A stretch of DNA of 58,863 nucleotides, the filler included, from Malassezia furfur (taxonomy: Eukaryota), in the NCBI GenBank assembly GCA_052055015.1. It is 2 parts of 2 records of this genome, joined end to end, with 100 filler letters (N's around TTAATTAATTAA, not from the genome) between each part and the next. Parts side by side here need not be neighbours in the genome. Positions count along the whole stretch, not along the records: positions 1 to 29,389 come from JBQJIT010000104.1; 1 more part is not named here. One strand, written 5' to 3'. Of the stretch, positions 11,014 to 21,315 are shown piece by piece (the first letter of the stretch is position 1; the number at the start of each line of letters is the position of its first letter). Both the position numbers and the translations under genes were made by a program. The notes beneath the pieces were generated by a model. The model did not search any database, was not told the DNA's origin, and saw only the letters and a program-made list of their open reading frames with translations.

Positions 11014-12147
11014 ATGCGCTTCACTTCCGCATTGATGAACGTCGGACGCGCTGTGCGTATCGGCATGATCCCGGCGGATGGGATTGGCCGTGAGGTACTC
11101 CCCGTCGCCGAGCGCGTGATGACCGCTGCGCCAGGTGCACCCAAGTTCGAGTTTGTGCATCTCGACGCGGGCTTCGAGCTGTTCCAAGTGACCGGCACGT
11201 CGCTGCCACAGGAGACGATTGACACGCTCAAGAACTCGTGTGATGGTGCCTTGTTTGGTAGTGTCTCGTCCCCGTCGCACAAAGTTGAGGGCTACTCGAG
11301 CCCGATCGTGCGCCTGCGTAAGGAGCTCAACTTGTATGCCAACATCCGCCCGGTGAGTGGCCCCGTGGTCACGGATCTGCCGGCCCAGTACCAGAAGCAT
11401 GTGGACATGGTGACGATCCGTGAGAACACCGAGTGTCTCTACATCAAGCAGGAGACACAGGAGGACTCGCCGAACGGCAAAATCGCCCGTGCAACGCGCC
11501 AAATTACGGAGCATGCCTCAACCCGCATCGGACGCAAGGCGTTCGAGGTGGCGCTGGTGCGCAAGGCGATGCGCGAGCAGGAGGGCAAAAAGACGCCGAC
11601 CAAGGTCACCATCTGCCACAAGTCCAATGTGCTGTCGGTGACCGACGGCCTCTTCCGTACGTCGGTGCGCAGCGTGTTCGAGGCGGACGAGAAGAAGAAT
11701 GGCGGCCCCGGTCGCTACGAGGGTATTGAGCTCGACGAACAGCTGGTGGACTCGATGGTGTACCGTATGTACCGCGAGCCGAACGTGTTTGACGTGATCG
11801 TCGCGCCGAATCTGTATGGCGATATTATTAGCGACGGCGCTGCGGCGCTCGTCGGCTCGCTGGGCCTGGTGGCCAGTGTGAACGCGAGCGACACCTTCTT
11901 TATGGGTGAGCCTGTGCATGGCTCGGCACCTGACATTGTCGGCGAGAACCGCGCGAACCCGATTGCTGCGATCCGCTCGGCGGCGTTGATGCTCGAGTAC
12001 ATGGGCTACACCGACCCGGCGATGGCCATGTACAAGGCGGTGGACCGTGTGCTGCTCCAGGGCAAGACGCTGACTCCCGATCTGCCTGGCGGCAAGGCGA
12101 CTACGGCCGAGGTCGAGGAAGCAGTGTTGCGCGAACTGCTTAGGTAG
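11014..12147 (+). CDS. LYS12: Homoisocitrate dehydrogenase (mitochondrial)
   Basis: IGMIPADGIGREV, GALFGSVSSPSHKVEGYSSPIVRLRK, HKSNVLSVTDGLF, NLYGDIISD, GEPVHGSAPDI. Confidence 0.9.
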   Translation: MRFTSALMNVGRAVRIGMIPADGIGREVLPVAERVMTAAPGAPKFEFVHLDAGFELFQVTGTSLPQETIDTLKNSCDGALFGSVSSPSHKVEGYSSPIVRLRKELNLYANIRPVSGPVVTDLPAQYQKHVDMVTIRENTECLYIKQETQEDSPNGKIARATRQITEHASTRIGRKAFEVALVRKAMREQEGKKTPTKVTICHKSNVLSVTDGLFRTSVRSVFEADEKKNGGPGRYEGIELDEQLVDSMVYRMYREPNVFDVIVAPNLYGDIISDGAAALVGSLGLVASVNASDTFFMGEPVHGSAPDIVGENRANPIAAIRSAALMLEYMGYTDPAMAMYKAVDRVLLQGKTLTPDLPGGKATTAEVEEAVLRELLR

Positions 12148-14005
12148 ATTCGATGGTACAAGACACTTGCGATCGCGCGTCACGCTTGGCACGCTCAATC
12201 TTCGCACGGACGTGACGCAATCCAAAGGAGTGTGGATCGTTACACAAACGCAGCCAGGGCTGCCCACCCACCTCGGTACGCTCCAGCCAGCCCGGCGCGA
12301 TCGACATGAGCATGGCGACCGACGCTTCGCTTTCGGCACGGCTTAGGGCGACCTTTGCCGAATTTTCCAACGAGACCAGCACGTCGAGCAACGGTAGCAC
12401 ACGTGATGTCCGTCCATGGCGCGACTGTGCCGGCACGTTGGATGAGACAAAAAGAAGGTAGATGGCCTCTGCCATCTCACTCAGGCGCGACAGCATCGAG
12501 CGCTCATGCAGTGTTGGCGCCGCAGATTTCGGTCGGTGGCCGTGCCGTGCCGCATGCGTCGCCTGTTCCTTAGCCCGGATGCGCTCCTCGAGCGACATCT
12601 TGATCGTCGTCTGTGGCGTAGGCACTGGTTCAGGTGCGCGGACCTCGCGCGACACAATTGGTGCGGCCGGTACAGCGACACGCAGCGTTGGCAGCTTGGC
12701 TTCGACCATGGGCGGCACCGAGTCCAAGGCAAAATCGGGATGCCACGCCGTCAAGCTGAGCGCTTTGGGCTTGCGCTGTGCACTCCGCGGTGGCGTCGTC
12801 GGCAGTTCGCGAGCGCCGCGGCCTGCAAGAGGCGAGGTAGGCGGTGAGGCCGGCGGCTCGTGCCGAATGCGCTGCGCATGCGTCCCGCCCGATCGCGTCG
12901 CTGTGGGCGTAAGGAGGCCATTGGATGTGCAATAGCCTGTAGGAAGCTTGGGCGTACTCGGCGTGTCCACGGGGGGTGGCGGGGTATCATCCGAAGGCGG
13001 CTGTTGCGCAAGCCATCGGTCGTGCGACATGGCGACGAAATGACACAGGCGACGGTGAAATTCAGCGCGCCGCTCGTCAACGCCGTTGTTCCACATCGCA
13101 AGGTAGCTCATCTCTTCACGGGACGAGGGCGATGCGGGTGGACGTAGGCGGTTTGGCGACCGCCGCCGCGGGCTTGCCGTATTGCCTGGCGACCCAAACG
13201 TCACGGTTGGCGAAACGATAGTTTTGGGCTCATAGAGCTGCATCTCAATCCCAATGCCGTAGTCATAGATGCGCTTGTGAGTGTGTGAGTCGATGGTGCG
13301 GGCACGAGATACAACAAAGCCCATGCCGCCCACCTCCATGGGCATCGGCGCCGGCGACGAAGGAAGTTGGGTATCGGATCCCGGCGCATGCGACCATACC
13401 CACACGAGCCGCTTAAAGTCGGCCATTGTGAATGTGCGCCGCAATGTACGCTCCACCATGGGCCGCAAAGTATGAAAGTGGATCACGTTGGCGATTCGCA
13501 GGCATCGAGCCAGGCCATCGTCGTGTGACTCGGCGGCCGGGGCCCCCGACGTCGCCATGTGCACAAGAATGCTCTGCTCCACCGCAACGTGCGCATCAAG
13601 CAAGAACTGCAAATGGTTTGGGAGTGGGAGTGCATCGTCAAATGTGTAGTGCATCTTGCTGCGCATCTCCTGCGCAATGAAGCGCTCGCGGTCCAGTTCT
13701 TCCTCAGAGTGGAATTTGGGCAGGCTCGTTTTCCGCGGCGATGCCCGCTCCACGAGCCGCGCCGTACTTCCGCCTAGTTCGAGTTTTACCGGCGGCCCTA
13801 GGGAGTCGGTGAGTGAAACGGCACGCCGCTTGGCATGGCTGCGTGAGTCGTCGTGCACGTACGATTCGCGTACCGACTTAGGCGTGAGGAAGAGCTCCTC
13901 GTCGCTGTCTTCGCGCCTATGATCCAGCGGGCCACTATCGTCGTCCAACGTAGGGTTGACTCTCGTCCCTGCGTCGCGGCCCGCTAGCAGCGCCCACTCG
14001 GACAT
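12140..14005 (-). CDS. CDT1: DNA replication licensing factor Cdt1-like
   Basis: C-terminal SLEERIRAKE...RSMLSRLSEMAEAIYLLF...SRAESEASVAMLMSIAPGWL winged-helix region, AWHPDFALDSVP motif and many S/T-P sites. Confidence 0.72.
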   Translation of the reverse strand: MSEWALLAGRDAGTRVNPTLDDDSGPLDHRREDSDEELFLTPKSVRESYVHDDSRSHAKRRAVSLTDSLGPPVKLELGGSTARLVERASPRKTSLPKFHSEEELDRERFIAQEMRSKMHYTFDDALPLPNHLQFLLDAHVAVEQSILVHMATSGAPAAESHDDGLARCLRIANVIHFHTLRPMVERTLRRTFTMADFKRLVWVWSHAPGSDTQLPSSPAPMPMEVGGMGFVVSRARTIDSHTHKRIYDYGIGIEMQLYEPKTIVSPTVTFGSPGNTASPRRRSPNRLRPPASPSSREEMSYLAMWNNGVDERRAEFHRRLCHFVAMSHDRWLAQQPPSDDTPPPPVDTPSTPKLPTGYCTSNGLLTPTATRSGGTHAQRIRHEPPASPPTSPLAGRGARELPTTPPRSAQRKPKALSLTAWHPDFALDSVPPMVEAKLPTLRVAVPAAPIVSREVRAPEPVPTPQTTIKMSLEERIRAKEQATHAARHGHRPKSAAPTLHERSMLSRLSEMAEAIYLLFVSSNVPAQSRHGRTSRVLPLLDVLVSLENSAKVALSRAESEASVAMLMSIAPGWLERTEVGGQPWLRLCNDPHSFGLRHVRAKIERAKRDARSQVSCTIEST

Positions 14006-14083
14006 CGTGGTCGCAACCGCACGGTCGGCTCCGTCGAGCTGCAGGGATGCGCCGCGTAAATGAGCGTGCATCGGCCGAGAGGA

Positions 14084-16327
14084 TCAGGGGTCGTCCAGCG
14101 GCAGAGACAGCGCGGCTCTGGGTGAGTCGGGGCACACACCTCCACTGCATGGCACTCGCCGCGCTCGGGGCGCTCAGCAGGCACGCCGTGTTGTTCGTGT
14201 ACAGGCCGAGCACGTGTTTTTGTGGGTCGTCCACCATGGCAGGATATACGTGTACGCCACACAGATAGATATTCAATATCACATCGCGACTTCCCGGTTG
14301 GCAGCGTGCAATCAGAAAAGGGCTGCATTAGCATGGTTTCGTACGGGCGCAGTTCGAACCAGGCGTGCAGCCAGGAGTTGGACAATGCATCGCGCTGGAT
14401 ATCAAGCCATCCTTCGACCGTGCAGCGGTCCATCGTGACCAGCTGCGATTCGGCGGTGTAGGTGAATGTGCCGGCATTCTCGAGCACACATGTCCAATGC
14501 GCACGAAGCTGTGTAAGCCGGCCCACCTACCATAGCATACGCGCTTGTCCGTTTCTGCCAATACGCCACGAGCGGGCGCAGATCGTTGCATGTTGCGGGC
14601 GGCAGTGTCAAGTGTAAAAGCCGCTCACGGGTCCGGCACACGTTCACTGCGTGCATATCTCTCCGCCATGCCGCCATGTAATCAGCGATCAAAGTCAGGC
14701 CTCGCGGCATGGGTGTCGTGCCTGTATCGCCAGGCACCTGCACTGTCCGCGTATCCACGCGCCACAAGTCTTTTGCACTGACAATGCGCCCAGGAGACAG
14801 CGATATGCTGAAAAATGCATGGTGTGCGTCGCGCGGAAGGCGCTGAACCTTGTCCCAGAGCACGTCTTCGACGTCGGGTGCCTTTTTCCTAGGTGCAGGC
14901 GCATCCTGGATGCGGAAATGGACGGGTATCGAGAGGACCAGGGGCTGAGAGTCTTTGATATGCACTTCGACATGCAGGAGGAGTCGGATGCTGTGTCGCG
15001 GAGGGGTCGTCTGCTGCAGGAGATCTTGTGTCGGCCGCCACAGCGCATGAACCTCGGTGTTTTGCGATTGAGCGCAGCGCTGGAGGGTGCAGTAGCCCGG
15101 TTCGGACCTGACTACGGTCCCCAGTCCGTCGTAGAGTTGCACGTCCCCGACTTGCACGCGCCGGATTCCTTGCCAAGGCAGTTCCGCATTCGAGTCGGAG
15201 TCGAGGGAAACGACAAGGCACTTGGTGCTCGTGTTGTCAATGAGGAAGTAGGGTGTGCGTGCCGGTGAGGGCTTTACAACTAGCGGTAGGCCATTACGGT
15301 TCAGGCTGAGCATGTGGACCTCAGCGCGAATGCCGTGGACCGAGCGCAACCGACGTTTCCGCTCGTGGATGCGTGCCTGGCTTGAGGGGGGCGTAACGCC
15401 CAAGATGGACACCAAGTCCTTGCTTGGCTGCCGAAATTGTGACTCTTTTTCCTCGTCTGTTGCGGCCATACGGTCAAGAAAGGCGGTCGTTGGGTATGCG
15501 AATATATGGATGGCGGCCGAGCCATATTGCCAGTGTGCACGCGCATGGTCAGTTTGTGGCACACGAAAGGTCGTTTGCATGCGTACGTTGGAGCATGGCT
15601 GAGCCTCCAAGAGAATGGGACGTGTCGCATATGTCTCTGCATTCGAATCGTACGTTCCCGTCAGTGAATCCAGACGCAACTGCAGGTGCAGCTCACTGAC
15701 GTCATCCACTGTGAGACCCGTCAGCTCATCCAAGGTGACCCTGCATACAACGCCGCCTTCGTATGGGCACACATAGGCAATACCCACGCGGCAGTGGCCC
15801 TGGACGCTGAAATCCAATGACTGGATCGGCATGTGCCACATTCGCTGTGTTTGCTCTGCCAAGGGGAAAAGTGGCAAACGCACAGATCCGATGTGCGAAA
15901 ACCGCGTTGCATCGTCGCCGAACAGCTGGGCATAGATATCGGTGTGGTGGGCCACGGATGGCCCGAGTTTGCCGGACCACAGTTTATGCAAAGCGCTTAC
16001 TTGCTCCGTAAGCTTGTCTGCGTCCCAGTACAGTATACGGCGAGCTTTGCGGTGGATCACACGAACAAGTGTCTTAGGAACCATTCCAAAGTAGGGGTCG
16101 CCGTGTGACTCGCCTGCCACGCCCCCATGCACCGAGCTCGCAACGTTGCAAGGAAAGGGGCGCTGAATCGCACTTTGAAACTCGACCTGGACCTCCAACA
16201 AATTGCTCAGCACATTTGCCTCGCGCACCAGAGCCGCATTGGCCAGCACGGTCTCGGCGGCGCCTAGCAAGGTTATGTCTGCCCACGCCCGCGTCCAGAT
16301 ACGCGCATCGCGTCGTCCCAAGGCCAT
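14084..16327 (-). CDS. Kinesin-3 (Unc104/KIF1) tail-like protein with C-terminal PH domain and no motor domain, spliced
   Basis: AETVLANAALVREANVLS...QVEFQ and LVRVIH...LYWDADKL stalk motifs. After three 22-nt introns (first at 14509-14530), a PH domain (VEGWLDIQRDALSNSWLHAWFELRPPFL...VLGLYTNNTACLLSAPSAASAMQW). Stop TGA at 14084-14086. Confidence 0.65.
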
Positions 16328-16358
16328 GGACCGTGCTGCCTAAGGTCGCGTAATTGGA

Positions 16359-18039
16359 CTATGAAGACTTCTCCACATTTTCGGCCTCGGCCTCGATCTT
16401 GGCCTGGGCCGGGGTCTCCGGTTTCGAAGCGACCTCTGCCTCCTGCTCGTCGAATTCAGAAGCTCTGGCATTGCCCACCGTCCGGCGCATCTTGCTCTTT
16501 GACCATTCATCCACAACACGTTGTAGTTCTTCATCTTCCCGTTTTTGCTCCTCGATTTCGAGCTGGCGCAGTTCTTCCTCGATTTTCTCGAGATGCCCCT
16601 CTTCGTGAGCACGCTGGATCGGGTTTTCCGGTTGGATTATGCCGTCATTTCCAAGAGCAGACATCAACTCATAGAACTGCTCGGCGGTCATTTCGTCGTC
16701 AACCAAGTGCATCTTGGCTTTGAGCTGCTCTTCGTCCTCGTCGACTTCCGCTCGGTTCTCGCGCTCCTGCATCTCGCGCTCCATCTTCGTCTGTTCGCCG
16801 ATGGTATAAAGAATTCCGGCAGATGACTCAATTCCAAATCGATTCAGCATGACGCGGGCTGCGTGAGTTGGGAAACATACCGTTCTTGTCGCCCATGAGG
16901 AACATCGCATTCCCGATCGAAAAGGCTAGCAAGGGGTATTGGTCAGAGGTGAGCATCTTGGCCAGCTGCGGAAATTTGGGCTTGGTCGGAGGTCGGTCCG
17001 GTTTGTCGGTTTCTGCGCGCTCAAAGAAGTATTCTTCCATAACTTCGCGGAGCGCAATGCTGTGCTCGGATAGGTTCGCGATCAACATCCAGAGCGGCGA
17101 AAGGGCGGACTCAATGGTCAAGTCATAATTGAGCTTGACATTGGTCTGTGAGCCCGTCTGCGGATCAACAAACCTCTCCAGCGAGCGAGCAGCAATACTG
17201 CAAACCTTTTGCGCGAGATCGACGATCCGTACATAGCGCCCACGATCGGGCGGCCGACAGACGCTCATCAACGAAGCTGCATATTGTACCGCAACATCGC
17301 CAAGAAAATCATCCGTGACCTTGGCTGCCATGAGGGTGCGGTACGCAAGAATGTAAAGGTCTTCCGGACCGGGTTCCTCTGGATCCATGGCGCTCATTGC
17401 CGCACCCAATGCCATACCAAGTTCATGCGACACATGCCACGAATCCTGTGGTGTGTCGTCCGGGGGTACGAGCTTCTGGATGGCTTTAATCACGACGCGT
17501 AGGATTTTCCGTCGCTCGATGGGTGAAATGGTCGGGACGTAAAATGGGCGCGAGAACGAGACATTGGCCAATCGTACCGCGCACGAAACCGAATGGACCG
17601 GCTCCTTCCCCTCGTTGAGCGCATCAAACACCTCGGGCTGGTCAATGAAGCGGACGAGTGCTCGCATCGTCGACTCATCTATGTCGTTGGCGAGGTCCTT
17701 GTTGTGCACGACAATGTTGTTCATTGCACGCAGGGCGTATTCGGCCACATCGGGCTCCTCTGCATATGGCTGCATCACAGAAATTTCCGCCATGCGTTTC
17801 ATCATTGGCGCCGAGACGATCAGCGAGTCGGGCGACGCATCGCGACTCAGCCGGTGAATGGCACGCACCACCAAGCGACGGAGCTCCGCATCAGGGATGT
17901 CGCCCATGACCTCCTCAACCAGCTGCTTCGTGACATCCTCCAGTTCTGGCACATTGAAGTTGTCCTCCTCCAGCAACGACGACAGTGCCGCGCGGCGCTG
18001 CGCCGGGTCGTCCTGGACCTTCGCGTACGTCTTCCACAT
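16359..18039 (-). CDS. Divergent Ric8/synembryn-like G-alpha GEF/chaperone
   Basis: Helical-repeat body (ALRAMNN), DKPDRPP, FGIESSAGIL (cf. GYGNAAG) and C-terminal AEQFYELMSALGNDGIIQPENPIQRA. One 22-nt intron near 16860-16880. Confidence 0.58.
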
Positions 18040-18084
18040 GGGATGCGAGATACCTCCACACCCGCGCGCGCTCGGACATGATCG

Positions 18085-21000
18085 ATGGGGGCCACGGACG
18101 ATCGATGGGTGCCTCCGCGACAGACACAGTGCGCGTTTGCGCATGCGAGTCTCGGAAACGTGCACCGGATCGAATGGCGTAAACTCACTGCAAAAGACGG
18201 CGCGAGCGGTGCAATTGACCAGCTCGCACGGGCGGCGCAGCACATGCAGAAGCAAGCGGCCGCCGCGCGTACGTTCTGTTCGGCGACGAGCGCACCCGCG
18301 CAGGTGCTCCAGCTGCTGCAGTATGCTTCGCTCTATCACCTCGAGTCAGTTTCGGATGAGCAGGTGTTGTGGCTTTTTCAGCTGCCTGAGGGACCGTCGA
18401 TTGTGCCGGACGCGGCCTTAGAGGGGCTGGAAGGTACGTGCGCTGACTGACGCAGTGCATGAGGCGGGCGAGTACGTTGTGCAAAGCGCGACGCAGACCC
18501 CCACGTTGGCGCACACGCGCTTCCTCGAGGCGGTTCAAGCGGCCGTCGCCGATGCCTATGTCGACAGCACCGACGACGCCGTGCGTTGCAGCTCCGGCGT
18601 TTTTTTACCCCATGACGCGACGCTCGTTCGTTTCCGAGCACATACTACCCAGACGAACCTTGTTGTGAGTATGGGGACAGAGGCGATGCCGTGGCAGCCG
18701 CTCGCGATGGAGTACGAGGCTGGTGATATGCCCGTCACCCGGCCGGAAGAAAAGCCGATCGTACTGCTCCCGTCGTTGGCACCCGCGACGTTTCTGGGCG
18801 CGGTGCCATATACGTCCACACCATCGGCCATGCGGCTTTCCGACGCACTCAAAGGTTCCCTATCTCAGACGCACGCAGACGATACAGCACTATGTCGTGT
18901 GCGCGTACTGATCCACGCGCCGCCGAGTGCGCTTCCGACTGACGCGCTCGATATGGGTCTCGAAATGGGCCAGGACGCCATCTCGGTAACGCTTTCGTGG
19001 CCTGCAGCGCTGTGTCTGCAACGCGTGCCGAGTACACAGGCAAGCGACGCACTTGTTCCGCTGCGTGAGCAGAGTGTCATGGCTTTGCTGAATGCAGCAC
19101 GCGCACCAGCAGCGCCGCGGACGCCGCCACATGCGCCGCTGCTGCCCGACGTGCATGTACACGGCCCTGGTGCGCCGCTCGCCGCCAACGAGCTGGACGA
19201 CGACGTGTTCCAAGGGATTGGGCAGCTGACCGAGGACGACCTCCGCTTCTTTGATGGCCCGGGCGAGGCGCCAACTCCGCACAATATGCCGCTCATCCAG
19301 GGTCCCGGTGCGCCCGAAGCGACGGCGCGTGCCGATGTGGAGCTCAAGTCGGTGTCGGAGCTCGACACCGAGCCCCGGTCCGTGTCAGAGCACGACGTCG
19401 AGACGGCACCGGCGCCGGTACCGCAAGACGCCTCCAGTCCGCCGCCGGCCGCGGCGCTCGCTCCGCCGCCGCTCCCCGTGCTCAAGTCGTCGAGCCCCGT
19501 GTATACCCCCAGCGCGTGGTCGCCTGAGCGCAGCGCGCGCCTCGCGGACAAATACGACGTGCATGGCAAGTTTTACACGCCGTCGGCGCTGCGCGACCGC
19601 AAGCGCGCGCACTCGTTCGAGGCCGACGAGCGGCGTACCGCGATGCGCCTTTCGCCGCGCACCTCGACGCCGCAGAGCACGGCGCTGAGCTCGCCGTCGA
19701 CACATGTCTCGCCGTCGGACTCGTCGGGCTCGTCGGACGACGAGCCGGATGTGCCATTGACTATGCGTGCCGCATTGCTCTACCGACTGCACACGAGCGC
19801 ATGGGCGCCGCCGCCCGCGCCACTGAAGCACGAGGCCGCGCCAGCGTCCGAGCAGGCGCGCCTTGCGTCGGCAGCACTCGGCCACGTCCTTGCACCGGCC
19901 GCTCGCGCAACGCTCCCCACATGGGGCGCCTTGTCCACTACGTGTGCCGCCGTGCGGCTCGCGACGCCGCGTCTGCTCGTCGGATGCCAGCGTGCGGTCG
20001 TCGAAGTGGACGCTGACGCCATGGATGCCTGGCCGACGCTCGGGCTCGAGCCTGTCGACGGCCCCAAGCGCATGCACGTCGCAGCCGTGCTGGTTGGCGA
20101 CGTAGACACGGCAGCAGTGCGCGAATGGCTCGTGGGACTGCAGCGCACGTATGCGCGCCTGCGCATGGGCAGTTTGTCGCCGTGCGACGTGTATGTTCTG
20201 CGCAACAGGCACCTTGAACACACCACGGGGCAGTCCGCCGCACTCGTCGACGCATTCCAGGCGGCGTCGCCCGCGGACGCACGCGCAGTGCTCGTTGTAC
20301 ATGCACCGGACGCACAGCATGCGGCCGAGCAGGCGTACGAGATGTGGCACAGCGCGCACACTGTGCTGCCGGTGCCGCGCGCGGCGGTGCAGCCGGCCGC
20401 GACGCAGCAGCCCGCATACCTTGCGCAGCAGGTGCATGCGCTCTACAATGCTGCAGCGCGTGCGCACAGCCAGATGCGGCCTACTGCCGCGTTGGCGCCG
20501 TCACACTACGACCCGTGCCGCTACCTGCGCCCGCGGTGTGCCCTGCGCCTCGACGCGCGCGACGGGCCGCACGAGGTGTTGCAGCACGGAGCGGTGCTGC
20601 ACGTTGCGTACGAGGTGCGTGAGCGTGCGCGCGGCATGTGTGTGCGTGTCGCTGGCATCGACGACCGTGCACAGCGCACCTTTTTGCACGCCTGGACGGC
20701 GACCGACGCCGATGCGGACGTCGCCCGGGTTTGGGAAACCGCATGTAAGGAGATGCACGAGGCCGTCGGTGTCTCATGGCACGTCATCGTGAGCCGCGCT
20801 GGAGCAATGCCGCCAGACGAGGTGCGCGCATGGGCGGCACTCAACGCATCCGGCACGCTCCGCCGCGACCGGTGCGCGCTCGACGTAGTCGTCGTATGCG
20901 TCGAGCTCGGGGCGCCGCTACTGCCGTGTGCCGCGCTGGACGGCACACCACATGCGGTGCTCGCGGGCGAGCGCATGGCCATTCTGCAGGAGCCGCTCGT

Positions 21001-21229
21001 CCTCGCGCTGCACACCGCCTACGTCCGCGGCCGCGACGGCGCCGATGCCTGGTCCGTGCACCTCGTGCACGTGTTGGCGGCGCACCCCGCACGGCCCGTG
21101 GTGCTCGAGGCGTACATGGCCGACGTTGTCATCCATCTCGCCGCAATGCAGCACATCACGACGATGCGGTGGCCGGCTTCGCGCGCTACCGCACTGCCAT
21201 GGCATTTGGCCATCCTAATGTGTTCCTAG
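18085..21229 (+). CDS. MED13: Mediator kinase-module subunit Med13-like
   Basis: N-terminal LGNVHRIEWRKL...LWLF, intron 18434-18455, GQLTEDDLRFFD, KYDVHGKF, WPTLGLEPVDGPK, TYARLRMG and C-terminal LPWHL. Confidence 0.65.
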
Positions 21230-21315
21230 AGGATCCCTATGCCAACGTGTACTAGTATAAAATAATTAATAGAGGGGGAAAGGGGTGCCCTTACAATTCA
21301 TCTACATTTCGCTGT

